Shown: one piece after another, positions 13,141 to 26,744 of the stretch
Layout of the letters: each line of letters opens with the position of its first letter
Position numbering within the stretch: position 1 is the first letter of the stretch
Assembly: GCA_013265495.1 (NCBI GenBank)
Contig: MU058000.1
Coordinates: 1,488,001 to 1,552,000, forward strand
Source of the DNA: Vicugna vicugna
Taxonomy: Eukaryota
DNA length: 64,000 nt
Direction of reading: 5' to 3'
Position numbers and translations under genes: made by a program
The notes under the pieces: model-generated
Seen by the model: only the letters and a program-made list of their open reading frames with translations
Databases searched by the model: none
Told to the model about the DNA's origin: nothing

Positions 13141-14039
13141 TGAGGTGCTTGGTTTTCCCTGCCTTTTATGGGAGGAAAACTTTGACTACAAATTTAGCTG
13201 GGTTGACGTGCCCTCTGTTTTCCTAAAGGAGTTCTTTAAAATTTGGATTTTTGCAAATCTAAAAGTGAGAATGACTTGTCCTATATTGTGGAATAAACTT
13301 TTACACTATGTTAAATTGTATGTTACAAAACTATAATTAGAAAAATGATTTAAATACCTTATGACAGTGGTATTGGTAGCAGTAGCTTGCTCTTGGGACA
13401 GAAATAGAATTTTTTTATCTGACTTTTTTCTTTTGACATTATTTCAAAAATGTGATATAGTTATTTTCTCAGGGATAGTATGATAATTTGAGGGTAATTC
13501 TCAATCTCTTGCTTTCTGTAACTGTTCAAATTTCAGACATAATGAGTCTTAGTTATATTTAAAAAGTAGCTCTTAGCCGTGATGGCAAATGCGTTTTGAG
13601 AACTGCATTAAAGTGCCTAAGCATGGTTACCCTCTCTTGCACATAAGCTCATGCACCAAGAGTTTGTGCATGAGTTTGTATGTAGGAAATTTGAGTAGAC
13701 TGGGGATTTTACTAGATCACTTTAAATTAGGGTGGGAAGAAGAAAAAAAAATGAGAAAAACTCTATAACATAAATGTGACTTCAGAAATTTTTCCATGAC
13801 TTTTATTTCATTAGGCGTAGCTGCCTCTGCTTCTAATTGTATCGGTTTTATGCTTATGTGTATCTAATTCATTTCAGAATCTGGAACTTCAGGCACTCAG
13901 TCCTATTAAGTTTATTTTCTCATATTGCAGCGTAAATCTTGATACATTCATAGAATTTAGTTTTCTCATATAGGTATCAATTCAGACTCATTTAAATGAA
14001 TTTCTCTTGTTAAAGCTCCATTTCTTGCTAAGTATTAAG

Positions 14040-14270
14040 AGCATGGTAAAATGCAATGTCTTGGAATCTAAGAAACTTGCTCCAAATACATTACAGCTAC
14101 TTACAAGCCATGCGTTGGAGAAATGTTATTTGCCCCCTCTGGGACTTGGTTTCTATGTCTTTTAGTGGGTATAATCACATCTGTGTTGCAGGATTATTGG
14201 AAAAATGAAGTAAAATGCTTTATATGAAGTTGATAGTACACTAACTAGCCAGTGTAGGTGCTCAGTGATC
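14040..14270 (+). mobile_element. MIR SINE
   Basis: MIR-like core and tail '...caggattattggaaaaatgaagtaaa...gtaggtgctcagt'. Confidence 0.65.
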
Positions 14271-14324
14271 TTTTCTCGTTTCCCACTATCAGGACTTCTA
14301 CTAATCTTGTCCTCCAGGGCTAGG

Positions 14325-14812
14325 ATGATGGTTCTCCACTGGGAAGGTACTACTTTCTAAGGCACATCTGGGCACATCTGGACATCAGTGGGTGATTTGC
14401 GGTTTGTCAGAAGGTTTCAAGGCCACCATAGGCTTTAGCAGTTGAAGGACAGATACACTTGAAGTCTTGCAGGTGAATATTTTGCCAGGCCTATGTATAG
14501 CCATCTGAGACTATTACCCAATTCTACATCCAAATACACTGAATTTTCCAGGCATGTAACTCAAGCATTTGAGCGAAGTTTTCAGTTATCAGGATAAAAC
14601 TTAGCTAAGATTTTTCTGATATATTGAACAGGAGCATTAATGACAATTCTGCCTTTTAACTTACATAAAGACACACCTGTATCAATCTGCATTTGTAGCT
14701 TTAATATTCTTTTTTTTTTTTTTTTGGTTTGGTTTTGTGTGTACATCTATCTACTTCATCATTTATTCTAGGGAAGTTGTGCCAGGGCCATTAATATATT
14801 GAAAATATACTT
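14325..14812. mobile_element. MER20B-like hAT-Charlie DNA transposon fossil
   Basis: 'tgaattttccaggcatgtaact', 'acacacctgtatcaatctgcatttgtagct' and 'catctatctacttcatc' match the recalled MER20B internal sequence. Confidence 0.65.
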
Positions 14813-16865
14813 TTAAATCAATTCAGGGACCTAAAAGTCATATAAGGAAAAATTTATAATAAAAATATCTCTGTAAGTAGATTATATTATGTATGAATTG
14901 TATTTTAGGATTTTGAATAGGAGATAATGGTAGATTTTTACTTAATTTGGTGCAGTGGTTTAAGACTCCTTGACCCAAGCCACTTAATTCTATCTGGTCT
15001 TTAGTGGTGGACCAGATCCAGGAGCTTCTCTTGAATTTTATGAGCTGTGTGTTAGTGATAAGCTGGTGAATATTGCCTGCTCTCGCCATTTGGTTTCCAT
15101 TATTCTCTTGACCTCAAAAAGAGTAACCCTCCAGGCCTGCCTTCTGATTGCCTCTGACCTAGCGATACTGACCCTAACACCTGTGAATCTGAAAAGACCT
15201 AATGAAAAAAGTCCTATAAAAGAACTACTTTTCAAGCATTCAAACTCTCATTACTCCATTATTGCCCTTTAGCTAGCTACCTGCATTTCTCTTCTGACTT
15301 CCTCTGAATGTGGGAATTTAATCTCTTCACTTTTACACAACTGCCCTGTAAGTTACAATAACTTGCATTAAGTCATTTCAAGTCTTTTTTAATTTCCTAT
15401 GAGAATAGGTATGACTTTTTCAATTTTGATGAGTAATATGAGACACAGCTTACAACCAGTAAATTCTACAGCAATATTCCTACTTCCTTTGATTTATATT
15501 TTAGTTTTTTAATAATACACTCTAGCAACCTGTGTGACATTTTCATTACCGTCTACATGCTTGGGGTTAAAGATGAGGTTCGAATGCTACACAATGCCTT
15601 TGAAAAAAGAATGCTTACACTTTAGTTCTCAATTTTAGGTTTGTTTTCAAAAATATTATTCATTTCTGAAGATTCTGAACAATAGTTATTTCTACTCCAG
15701 ACACTAAGAATATATGTAAATGACATGGCTGTGTTTGTTGCAAGATATTTATTGGTGACATATGGAAACATTGAATTATTTAGATGATTTTGCAGCAATT
15801 TACCAACTCAGTTTCTAAGTAGTTATTTTCATATACCTTTCTGTTGAGGTGTGTATGTGTATAATTTTTTACCTCCAAAGAATGTATCTTCTGTTTAGAG
15901 ACAGTGATCACATACTGTGTTGTGGGAAAACTGTCTCAGTTTTGCAAAGTAGTTAAAAAAGATGCCTTCCATATTTCTTACAGTCTTTGTGAGGTAGACT
16001 TGTTTCATTTATACCCCTTATATTCTAGTTCTAACATCTATTTCACAGGATTGTGAATTCCTAGAGGGAAAGCCCCAGGTTTTATTATGAATTCTTAGTC
16101 CCTAACCATTATTCCCAGTTTCCATGTCTGTCTTTCAAGAAGTTAATTAATAGAACAATATTAACTGACTGTCTATTGCTATACTTGGAGCAATGGGAGA
16201 TAGTAAAATAAATGAAACTCAATCTATCATATTCAAAAGCTTGAGTCATATTTAAAGAGAAAAAAAACTTAGAGTAAGACAAAATTGGCTAGGGTAGAGT
16301 ATATATAATGTAAGAACTTTAGAAATTTAAACACAAGAAAGGAAAGGTCACACAAATGGTTAGAAAATTCTCTGGGAAAGTAAGGAAAATTCAAATTTCT
16401 AAAATTGCTATTGATTCTACTTTCAGTTTTCACCCATACTTTTGCTGATGTAGGCATAATCTGCAAACAGGTTTTATTTTTTTGTATATTTTTATAACTC
16501 ATTGATATATTCAGCATCGTAACATCTCTCCAGTGGCATCTTCTTTTATGTCAAGGGAAAAGTGCTGTAAACGATATGACTGTGATCACTGATTGGCGGT
16601 AAAGCATTTGAAATCGCACAGTTATACTGCTGAGAAGTGTCACCTGTTAACTCGGGCCTGACGCTGATATTCTTGGGATAGTTTCTTGAGGCTTGTTCTA
16701 CACTGTCTGTCAGTGTTACTCACATGACAAAGTTTCCAGTAACTTGGAAAGAAGAGCTGAGGCAAGGGCTTCAGGTATAAATCAGAGAGTATGGATCTGG
16801 ATGAGAATTATATATGCACCTTATAGTATTTCTCCCTGTATCTCTAATGGCTTAAAAGCTTAGAG

Positions 16866-16873
16866 GTGTGTGT

Positions 16874-16905
<32 letters not shown>
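16866..16905. repeat. (TG)n microsatellite
   Basis: Directly visible. Confidence 0.97.
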
Positions 16906-16909
<4 letters not shown>

Positions 16910-17359
16910 AGTTAGTTTAAAACAGAGCGAATAGCTTTTCTCAGCCTAATTAGTATTTGTGGACTTTCCCCTTAGATTTTTCAGAACTGCTGTGAATTAG
17001 AAAATTAGCTCATGTATTTTGCATTAAAAATTAAAACTCAGAAAGTCTCTCCCTACCCACTCTTCAATAACAGTTGTCCCTTTGCACTGCTTCTGTGTTA
17101 CAAGGATAATTGCCCCAATTAAAAGGCACTTTTGGGCAATATCATTTTTGTATAATAATTTTATGCTGATTGAAAAGCAGTTGGTTTCGCTCAGGTTGAA
17201 TGATTTTATTTATATCTCAACTAATAAGATTAATGCTTAAATAGCCCCTGGAATAGCTGTTTACATGCAGTTTCTAGATGACATTCCAAACAAAAAGTTG
17301 GAACTTTTGGTCCGTGTATCAGTAATGCTGCTAACCCTGTGGATGGGATATATGACATC

Positions 17360-17520
17360 ATGGAAAGAGCCGGATAGAACAACCCTCAAATCCTTCCACC
17401 AGCTTTTAAGTTTTATGTCTTGGGTAAGTCAGGTAAGTGTGCTGAGCGTCAGTTTCATCATGAGAAAAATTTGGTGGTAAGCAACATTCCAACGGGGTTA
17501 TTGTGTTGAGAAATGGTGGA
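17360..17520 (+). mobile_element. MIR SINE fragment
   Basis: 'tcttgggtaagtca...ctgagcgtcagtttcatcatgagaaaaat' MIR core. Confidence 0.6.
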
Positions 17521-17655
17521 ATGCTGAGACTTAAATGCTTCAGGAACCTCAGGGACTCACTAAGGAGTTGCTCTTAGTATCAAACCAGGAAAATCCTATA
17601 AATGGCTTTATGACTCTGAAGCTCCCAAATGTCAACATTATAATGCTTGGGGATA

Positions 17656-17802
17656 CGATTGTCCCTCGGTATCTAGGGGATTGGTTCCTGGACACCTGTG
17701 GATAAAAAAATCTGCGGATGCTAAAGTCTGTTATAAATTACATAGTACAGTGGGCCCCGCCTATCTGCGGGTTCTGTACCCACAGATACAGAGGCACAAC
17801 TA
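17656..17802. mobile_element. MER2-like Tigger (TcMar) MITE, short form
   Basis: TA flanks on both sides; imperfect TIRs 'cgattgtccctcggtatct' / 'agatacagaggcacaacta'; 'ggggattggttcctggac' body. Confidence 0.8.
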
Positions 17803-20515
17803 TAATTAAAAGAAGTTACAGGGACTTGGGGAAGAAAGGTGAGCGGTTAAATGGCTGGCAGAGCAGGAATAGATGTTTCCTTTAGCAGCTAGAGGATATG
17901 CACATGCATCTGATGCTGGGTCTGCTAGGACCTTGGCCATGGCCTTTCTGTATTTCTTTGGGAGGAAGAGGAGGTCAGCTCAACCAAGTGTCGTTCTGGT
18001 CCCTGACACTAATTGATCTTTGACAGATGCAAGAGACTGAAGAACTATACCTGGATTCTTAATTTTACTTGGCTTCCGTGTCATGCTTGACATTATGGGG
18101 GTATTTTCAGGAGTTGGCGACCCTGGTGGTGATCATTAGAATTGTGGAGTAGGAACAATTTTTCCTGAGAGTGAAAGTTTTGCTTAAAAGGTTGAATGTT
18201 CAGTTTTTCAATACTAGGTGTCAATGTCCATGGGATTTCTCTTCTACCTGCATGTAGTCTGCAGCCCTTTCCTTCCTCGATAGCTGGTAAGGGCATGTCT
18301 GCTGTGTATCCCTTCTTCAGATTGCAAGGAAATGTCCTATCTCTCTTTCTTGTATCTCAAAACCCTTCCCTTTCTTGACCAGGCCACCTAGAATAACCTC
18401 TTTACTGAGCTTAGGCTCCTTTCAGAGCAGGAGATTTTAGATGCTTCTGCTCCCTGCTTGGCAAAATCTAAGTCAGGGAGTTGCAGTAGGCTTGGAAAGC
18501 TGCTTAGAACATGGGTGTTCTAGTGTGTGTGTGTGTGGTGTGTGTCACAGGCTGGGAAAGAAGAGATGAAATACAGGTAGAATAGACTCAAATTAATATT
18601 TCAAGTTATCATGCTACGACTAGGTGAACAGTTTTTAAATTAAAAAAAAAGTTCACTGTGTCCCAATCTTGAATTTCAAGTAGATCACTGAGATGGATTA
18701 AAATTTGTATTTAAATTATATCATGATTCGTTTTATTATCATTAATGCAGACATCTGTGGACCCCTTGGTCTTTTTATCCGAGATTACAGTATTTAGTGA
18801 CAGAGGCCTGGTACCCTTTAGACTTTTATTTATAAAGGAGGGAAATAAGTTTGGACTCTAGTATCCTTAAGCAAAGGGAAGTTTCAGTGTTAACAAAAAT
18901 CTTGTGAAAGTAATACTTTACAGGTATCAAACAGCAGGTATAAATAACTTCATTTACAACAGCAATCACATTTTCTCCAGTAAAAGCACTTAGAGGCAGC
19001 AGGTTATACCCATACAGGTGGTCTGGGTTTTGCACATTAGCTGAAAGTTTGGGTTGCTATGATTTCACAAGCCAAACAAAAGAGAACAGTGCCAATAGAT
19101 GTGCTTCTTAGTGTTTAGACCATTCTGTTGCCACTGTATTCTGTACTTACCAGGGTCCTCTTTCATTTCATTTATTTATTTAAAAACATACTGTGATTTT
19201 CGCTCATGGGGATTCAATTGCCTGATTCCCAAAGAGCAGCGTAAGGACTGTGATTATAAACAAGACTGCAGGGTGGAGTGGGCACAAGTTAGGTTATAAA
19301 AGAAGATCCCAGTATTTGGTCTCAGAAAAATTTTATGTTTCTAATTGAGGGGAAATAGAGTTGAGCTGATTGGAACAAACATTTGGCTACCAAGGTAGAT
19401 GGAAATTAATAAAAGTATATTCTTTACCTTATCCTTGGTCTGTTTCAGAAGTCACAAGCTATGCGTTTCTAATCTGCCACCTTAGATCAGGCAATGTTTC
19501 TCATAAGATGTCTTGAATATTATCAGTGTCTTAGAGAACAGCAACATAACCAGCTAAGGGCAAGAGTACAAGCAAAACCATGTGGATACAGAGGTGTTGG
19601 GTGATCAACTGGCTGCAGAAAGCTGAAAAAAGGTGTTCAGAATGCAATCAGTTCCAGACTCTGTGTTCTTGGAGCATCGATTCAGCTCGGCTCAGCTTCC
19701 ACATGGGCTGCAAGCAACACAGACCAGTCATTCCAAATGCTCAGTCTTTCATGCAGGCTGGTATTACTGTCACAGCAAGAACTGATTTCTTACGAACATC
19801 TGCCTCTGCAGGGTCCTCAGCCACCCGGTCAGGAAAAGCAGGCTGTTCGAATCTCGATCTCACTTTTCAGTTTTGTGGAATGAACCAGAAGTCAAAACAT
19901 GAGAATTTGCAAAGTAGTAAATTAAGCTTCCACAATAATGTCTAGCAGAACATAAAAACTAGACTACTACCTAGGCTGTATATGTGATCTCATCCCCCTG
20001 TCTCTGAATGTGTTTCTCACTCCTCTTTGCTAATGCACTCTTATCATGAAATTGCATACAAATTAGAAACCCAAACAAAAATGGGTAGTTCAATTATCCC
20101 AAAATAAAGCCAGGATAATAGTCACCTAAGTCAAGAAACTACGATTTAATAACCCTAGAAGGCTCTCTTGTGCCCCCAGTGCAGTTTGTTCTTTGTCTCT
20201 CCTGTCACCGAATAACCATTACCTGTTATTAATTGTGACTACTTTCTTTGCTTGCTTATCAATTAACCAGCTAAAAATAGATCCCTAGACACTAAAACTT
20301 GGTTTTACTTGTTTTTGAACTTTAGTTAAATAGAACCATACCATATTTGTGGTGTTGTATGTAGCTCTTTGGTTCGTTTTGTTTGTGAAATTAATCCATA
20401 TCTCAGTAAACACATTTCATTTCCATTGATTCAGTATTCCACTGTATGACTCTAACTATTTAGGTATCTTTTGTTAATAGACATCTAAATAGTTGATCAT
20501 CTCCAGTTTGGAGCT

Positions 20516-20985
20516 AGTGTTGGAGTCCTCCAGAGAAACAAGCAATAGGATGTGTGTGTGTTTATACACATTCACACACACACACATATACATGCATGTA
20601 CACTTGTACACATGTGTATATGTATGTATATATATGTGATTTTAAGAAATTTGCCCACATGACTTTGGGGGCTCCTAAATCCAAAATCTGCAGGGCAGAT
20701 CCGTAGACTGGAGATTGCGGGGAAAACCTGACATTGCCGTCTCGAGTCTGAACGTGGTCTGGAGGCAAAATTACTTCCTTTTTGAAGATCTCAGTATGTT
20801 CCTTAAGACCTTCAACTGACAAGATGAGGGGTACCCATATTATGGAGGGTAATCTTCTCTACTCGGTCTACTGATTTAAATGTTAATCACACCCGAAATA
20901 CCTTCACAGCAACATTTAGACTGGTGTGTGACCAAAGATCACATACTTGGCCTAACCAAGTTGATGTACAAAATAAATCATCACA
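20516..20985 (-). mobile_element. MLT2-type ERVL solo LTR
   Basis: 'ctccagagaaaca' followed by an RY simple repeat; 'ctactgatttaaatgttaatcac...aataccttcacagcaacat...ggcctaaccaagttga...aatcatcaca'. Confidence 0.88.
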
Positions 20986-22607
20986 GGACTATTAGGAAAA
21001 GTGCTGGTGTGTATATTATTGTATGTGTGCTTTGATAAACATAGTTACATTTCACCCCCATGTACCTGTCATGAAAAAAGCTTTCCCAAAGTTTAATGCC
21101 AGTAAATATCCATCCAGCACTGCATGAGAAGTCTTAATGCTCTGTATTCTCTAAACTGTCTGTTCACATCCCTTGGCTGTTTTTATATTAGCTGTTATCT
21201 CTGATTTGTCTTCAAAAATTTTGGATACAAATCCTATATTAGTTTATGTGTTGCAAGTAAGTTTCCTACCATACTTTGGTTTGTACTTTAAGTTTTTTAA
21301 TGACATCCTTTGATGAATAAAACTTCTTAATTTCAACATAGACTTATCTATCTGCTCTGTAATACTTAATGTCTTTTTTGTTCTGATAAAGAATTTGTAA
21401 CAATGCTTATATGTTGTATTATATATTGTGTATCATGAAACATATATTGAATATTGTGTGTATATTTACATCTTCTAGGAACGTATCATTTTGACTTTCA
21501 CATTTAGATTAGCATCTGCTTTCAACTGACTTTTTGTATAATGTGAAATAGCAGTCAGTTTTCATCTTCTCCCCTGTGTGTGTTCATTAATTCCAGAACC
21601 ATTATTATAACATTGTTCTTTCATCAACTATATTATGGAACGCCATGTTATTCTTAAGTCAAATATTCATGTATGTGTTGGTCTGTGTTGGGTTTTTATC
21701 CCACTGGTCTGTTTCTCTCTTCTTGCACCAATAACATGTTATTGCTATGCTTAATAATACTTCTGTAGTTGAGTTTTGTTTCAAATGTTAGGTAGGAATT
21801 TCATTTTTCCATGTGGCTAACCAAGTCTACTGTATTAGTTAAATGGTCCAAAACTTACACAGTAATCTGAAATATCAGCTTTGTAATACAAAGTGTTTAT
21901 ACAGGACACGTATCTATTTATATATTCCATATTCCATTTCACTGGTCTCTGTTTTTATCAGTGGATACAGTGGAAATTACTGTAGTTTAATAAGAATAGA
22001 GATTTGATATATATTATTGCAAGAGTCTGACTGTATTCTAATTTGTTAGTGTTTATTCTTAGCTTTTTTACTTCCACACAGATTTTAGTATAATTTGTTA
22101 CATAGCCCCTCAAAAAAAAATCCTGTTAAGATTTTGTTTATAAAAACATTAAGTCTGTAGATAACTTGGAGACACTTGATATCTTTCCAGTATTGTTTCA
22201 TACTAATTAAAATGCTATTTTACCTGTTTACTTAGGGGTTATTTTGTGTTCTTTCAGTGTATGGGGTATTCTTTCAGTGTATGGAGTATATTACTTTTTA
22301 TTTAGTTATTGTGTTTTTCAAATAATTTCTCCATCAATATCATATATAACTTATCAGATTTATTCTTAGTCACCTTATATAATTTTCTTTTATTTTACCT
22401 TAGTGGTGGTGGTGGTGTATTCTCTGTGTTGCTAATACATGAAATACAACTGATTATTGATACTGATATTTTATGCAATTATCTTATTAATCTCTTATTA
22501 ATTTCTCAACTTGTAGTCATTTGGGAGATTTTTTTGTCATCTACAAAGTTTTATTTTTTTCCTTTCTAATCCTTTTAAAATTTATATTTGACTTTCAGTT
22601 TTCTCCT

Positions 22608-22930
22608 TTTTGTGTTGAGGTATAGTTGCAGTACAATATTATATAAATTTCAGTTGTACAGCATGATGATTCATAATTTTTAATGGCTATGTTCCATTTA
22701 TAATTATTATAAAATATTTGCTAGATTTCCTGTGCTGTGCAATATATCCTTGTGGCTTACTTGTTTATATCTATTAAGTGGTACATCTTAATCCCCGACC
22801 TCTGTCTCTCCCCTTCTCCATTCCCTCTCCCACTGGTAACCACTAGTTTGTTCTTTATATCTGAGAGTCTGTTTCTATTTTGTTATAGTCACTGGTTTGC
22901 TTAATTTTTAGATCCCGCATGTAAGTGATA
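22608..22930 (-). mobile_element. L1 3' end (laurasiatherian/cetartiodactyl type)
   Basis: 'ctgtgctgtgcaatatatccttgtggctta...ctctcccactggtaaccactagtttgttc...tttagatcccgcatgtaagtgata'. Confidence 0.85.
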
Positions 22931-24104
22931 TTTCAAATGCTGAATTATAGATATCTTTTTGTAAATGTGAAAAAACTGATTTTTTCCTATTCAATCTGAT
23001 GTTTGCTATCTTTATTGGCCAAATTTGTCCATTTATATTTATTGATATTAGGCTCTTGAACTTAGGGGTTTTTTTCCCTTTTTTGTGCTAGATTTCTATT
23101 TTTCAAGGTCAAAAAAGTGAAAAAAATAAACTTAGGTCATCCATCAAAAATTTTATGTGTCTTATACACTAGGCAGAAGTTAGGGATGGAAAAGTGATTG
23201 TAGTAACCTTCATAGTACTTGACCCTCTCTTCCACTCCGTTAGTACTGAATTCTGCACATGCTTATAATTAATAAATATTTATTGACTTTAATTATATTT
23301 GGACATTTAATCTTATTCCTTGTAGTCTCCTTCCTTTCAGGACTAACTAGACTTTTGTTGTTTTTTCCTTGCTTCTCTTGCTGAAATCTGCATAGTTCTA
23401 GTTATCTCAAAATCTTGTTGCTGCCAACAATTACCTGAAATAATTATCTTCAGTTTTAAGACCTTCTTCCTGCTGATGTTGGGTTTCTGCTTATCTCACA
23501 ATGTTTTTCTTTCCAGAGGATTTTGTTTTTCTTGTTGCTTTGGCTCTTTTAATTTCTTCCCTCCTCACATATTCTTCCTTTATTTCTTTACTATCAAAAA
23601 CATTTCAGTTTTTTTAAGTGTATCCTTTACATAGAAAATATGAAAACATGAAAAAGGTAAAATAAAAGTAGTAAGATACTGATTAGGCAAGGTGATAAAT
23701 GATTGGTTAAAGGTTTTTGGATCACATAAATATATATATAAATTTTGTCATAGCCCAGGAGCCATCTACAATAGCCATAAAGTCTATTCTAACAGTTACA
23801 CCCTATGAAAATGTGTGCTTCTAAGTCAACATCTGCATATGTGGATTGGTGGATCATGAGAACTAGGGATATAGCAAAGCAAAATCACAAATAATGGATG
23901 AACAAAATCTTATCACTTTGAGACTGGGTTGGGATCTTGGTACATTCGTTTATGTAAATCATGAAACTTTGAGATCTTTGCCCTCTGTTTCACAGTTGGC
24001 ACAACCTTAACTATCCTTTTAAGTTCAAAAGATAACTCATATATTAATGATGCTGAAAAGAGTCATAAAATAGATGAACTCAATAAATTTCTTGATCAGA
24101 GAAT

Positions 24105-24320
24105 AAAATAATAATACTAACACCTAGAGCACTAACTATGTGCTAGGTACTATTCTAAGTATTTGTGTATAGTAATTTATTTAAACTTCACTACTACTCC
24201 AAAAGATATGTCTACTATATTTTGAAAGAGGTTAACTAATTTTCTTGAGGTCACACAAGTACTTACTTATTTGAATCCATATACTTTGGCTTCAAAATCT
24301 AGTATCTTAACTGTTGTTAC
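24105..24320 (-). mobile_element. MIR SINE
   Basis: 'gagcactaactatgtgctaggtactattctaagta...gaggttaactaattttcttgaggtcacaca'. Confidence 0.75.
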
Positions 24321-24844
24321 CCTCTGCTTTTTCACAGTAAGTAGTAGTGGAGGTTCTAAGGAGTCAGTTAAAGTTCTGTTGTGTTGTCCAAAGAGCATTT
24401 CTGATGCTCTCTAAGAAATAGAGAGAATAGCAGATACTCACCACTAACCGGCATGTGTGTGTTGTGTGTATTTTATAAGACATTGCAATCATTTGAATGT
24501 TGACTTAGTGTATTCTTCTTGATTTCCTTATGCACCAGTTGCAATTATTTAAAACAGGATTTGGCCTCAGTTTTTTTTCAGATGTAAGATTCTTGCTAAA
24601 GTCCCAAACTGTGTGTGTTTACTGTTTGCCAACATTACTTTATGGAGTTAGAGCTGGATCTTGCCTCAGATCCACTGAGATAAATGTATCATGACATTGT
24701 CTATTCCATTATGATTAGTTTAACCATATGGAGCTTTTAATTTTGGGGGGGTTTTGATATTGTCATATCCAAACACATTTTGAGACGTGCAATGTAACAG
24801 GGAAGGTGTGGTACCTAAGTAGTGATGAGTATACTGTATGGAAT

Positions 24845-25050
24845 AGGATATTGTTTAAGGGCAGACTGCAAAGCCATAGCTACCTGAATTCAAGTTCAAG
24901 CTCTCTTTCAGGCATGTGACCTTAAACAATTTATATATATTTTATGTACCTCTGTTTTCCCATTGAAAAAATGTAAATGGTAATACTATCAGTTTTAAAT
25001 ACATCTTAGTTGTTACAAGAATTAAGTGAATTAGCATGTGTAAAACTAAT
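24845..25050 (+). mobile_element. MIR SINE
   Basis: 'tgtgaccttaaacaattta...tacctctgttttccc...gttgttacaagaattaagtga'. Confidence 0.7.
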
Positions 25051-25114
25051 CCTGTCTTATAGCATTAATGTGTCATATAAGTGATAACTTGTGTTAATAG
25101 TCAACCATTTTCTT

Positions 25115-25765
25115 TTTTTGAATTTTATTTTATTGAGTTATAGTAAGTTTACAATATTGTGTCAATTTCCAGTGTAGAGCACAGTTTTTCTGTTTTGCAT
25201 GAACATATGTATATTCATTGTCACATTCTTTCTCACAGTGCACTACCACAAGATCTTGTATATATTTCCCTGTGCTATACAGTATAATCTTGTTTATCTA
25301 TTCCATATATACCTGTCATTATCTACAAATTTCCAACTCCCAGTCTGTCTCTTCCCACCCCTCTCCCCCCAGCAACCACAAGTTTGTATTCTATGTCTAT
25401 CAGTCTGTTTCTGTTTTGTATTTATGTTCATTTGTCTTTTTCTTTCTTTCTTTCTTTTTTGTTTGTTTGTTTGTTTTTTAGTTTCTACATATGAGCGATC
25501 TCATATGGTATTTTTCTTTCTCTTTCTGGTTACTTCACTTAGAATGACATTCTCCAGGGACATCAATGTTGCTGCAAATGGCGTTAAGTTGTCATTTTTT
25601 ATGGTGGAATAGTATTCCATTGTATCAATATACCACATCTTCTTTATCCAGTCATCTGTCGATGAACATTTAGGCTGTCTCCATGTCTTGGCTATTGTAA
25701 ATAGTGCTACTATGAACAGTGGGGTGCAGGTGTCTTTTTGAAGTAGAGTTCCTTCTGGATATATG
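25115..25765 (-). mobile_element. Young lineage-specific L1 3' end (camelid-like), 5'-truncated
   Basis: Intact-looking 3'UTR plus ORF2 end; T-tract; exact 10-bp TSD ccattttctt (25105-25114 / 25766-25775). Confidence 0.93.
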
Positions 25766-25879
25766 CCATTTTCTTGAGTTATCTCTCATTGAAATATATG
25801 CATACACATGTATAAACTTTAATAATTACTGTAAAAAAAAGTCATTGTACTGTGGAAGATATACATCTAATGAGGTCAG

Positions 25880-26140
25880 TGGCACAAGTGAGAGTTCAAA
25901 GATGTGACGTTCAAGATAAGAATGATGGATGAATTTAGATAGCAGTCTTTCCCAGTGGCAGGAATGTTGCTATCAATGGTCCTATGAAGAAGAAAGCATG
26001 GCCTCTTCAGAGAATGAGAAGAAGCCCAGTGCAGCTTGAATTTAAGACAAAAGCAGAGATGCTAAGAGATAATTCCTGAGAGTTAAGAGATTGTGCAGAG
26101 CCATGTAGACCATGCTGTAAATGTGGTCTTTATTTTAATA
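25880..26140 (-). mobile_element. L2 LINE fragment
   Basis: 'gaagcccagtgcagcttgaa...agattgtgcagagccatgtagaccatg...ctttatttt'. Confidence 0.55.
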
Positions 26141-26236
26141 ACAGGGCATATCCATGAAGCAGGTGGCTGAATTCATCATAGAGAGATTATTTTGTCCAGT
26201 AGTTTCTGATACTATTTCCCAGTCATGTTTGGCCAA

Positions 26237-26289
26237 TTCCCACACATCAAAGCTCTGCATTTCCCACACATCAAAGCTCTGCATTTCCC
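26237..26289. repeat. Perfect 24-bp tandem duplication
   Basis: ttcccacacatcaaagctctgcat x2 + ttccc. Confidence 0.97.
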
Positions 26290-26346
26290 TAATGGCTTCA
26301 GGTTTCTTTTTCTTTTTTTTCTTTCTTTCTTTTTTTATTTTAACTC

Positions 26347-26744
26347 TGTTACAGCTTGAGTTATGCCATCTCACAAATTTTTATGTTGAAGCTGTGACTA
26401 CCACTGACTTAGAATGTGATGGTATTTATAAGATAGGGACTTTAAAGAGATAATTGGCACCATTATAACTTAATCACTAGGGTGGGCCCTAATCCAATCT
26501 AACTGCTGCTTTTACAAGGGTAAAAGAAAGAGATCAGGACATACAAAGAGACAAGGATGTAAGTTCACAGAGGAAATGCCGTTTGTAAACCAAAGAGAGA
26601 GGCCTCAGGAGAAACCAAACCTGTCAACATCTTCATCTTGGACTCCCAGCCCCCAGACCAGGAGAAAACAAATCTCAAATCTCTGTTATTAACTCCCCTA
26701 CCCTAGTCTGTGGTATTTTGTTATGGCACGAGTAGACTAATGCT
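26347..26744 (+). mobile_element. MLT1B-type MaLR solo LTR
   Basis: 'agggtgggccctaatccaat', 'gagagaggcctcaggagaaaccaaacctg', 'gtctgtggtattttgttatggca'. Confidence 0.85.

Larger units (their letters stand above)
20090..23060 (-). mobile_element. Old L1 (L1ME-like) fragments hosting younger insertions
   Basis: Degraded antisense L1 motifs ('ccagtttggagct', 'tttgatgaataaaacttcttaattt', 'gtctgtagataacttggagac'). Confidence 0.6.

Noticed and set aside
19580..19945. 121-aa ORF
   Set aside because: No recognisable family or convincing splice boundaries
20551..20640. Palindromic RY tract as a novel hairpin
   Set aside because: It is the usual simple-repeat region of MLT2 LTRs (also seen at 49168-49210)
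25199..25612. Hydrophobic 137-aa ORF (and similar F/L-rich ORFs at 7998, 54147, 55889)
   Set aside because: Antisense translations of T-rich L1 sequence
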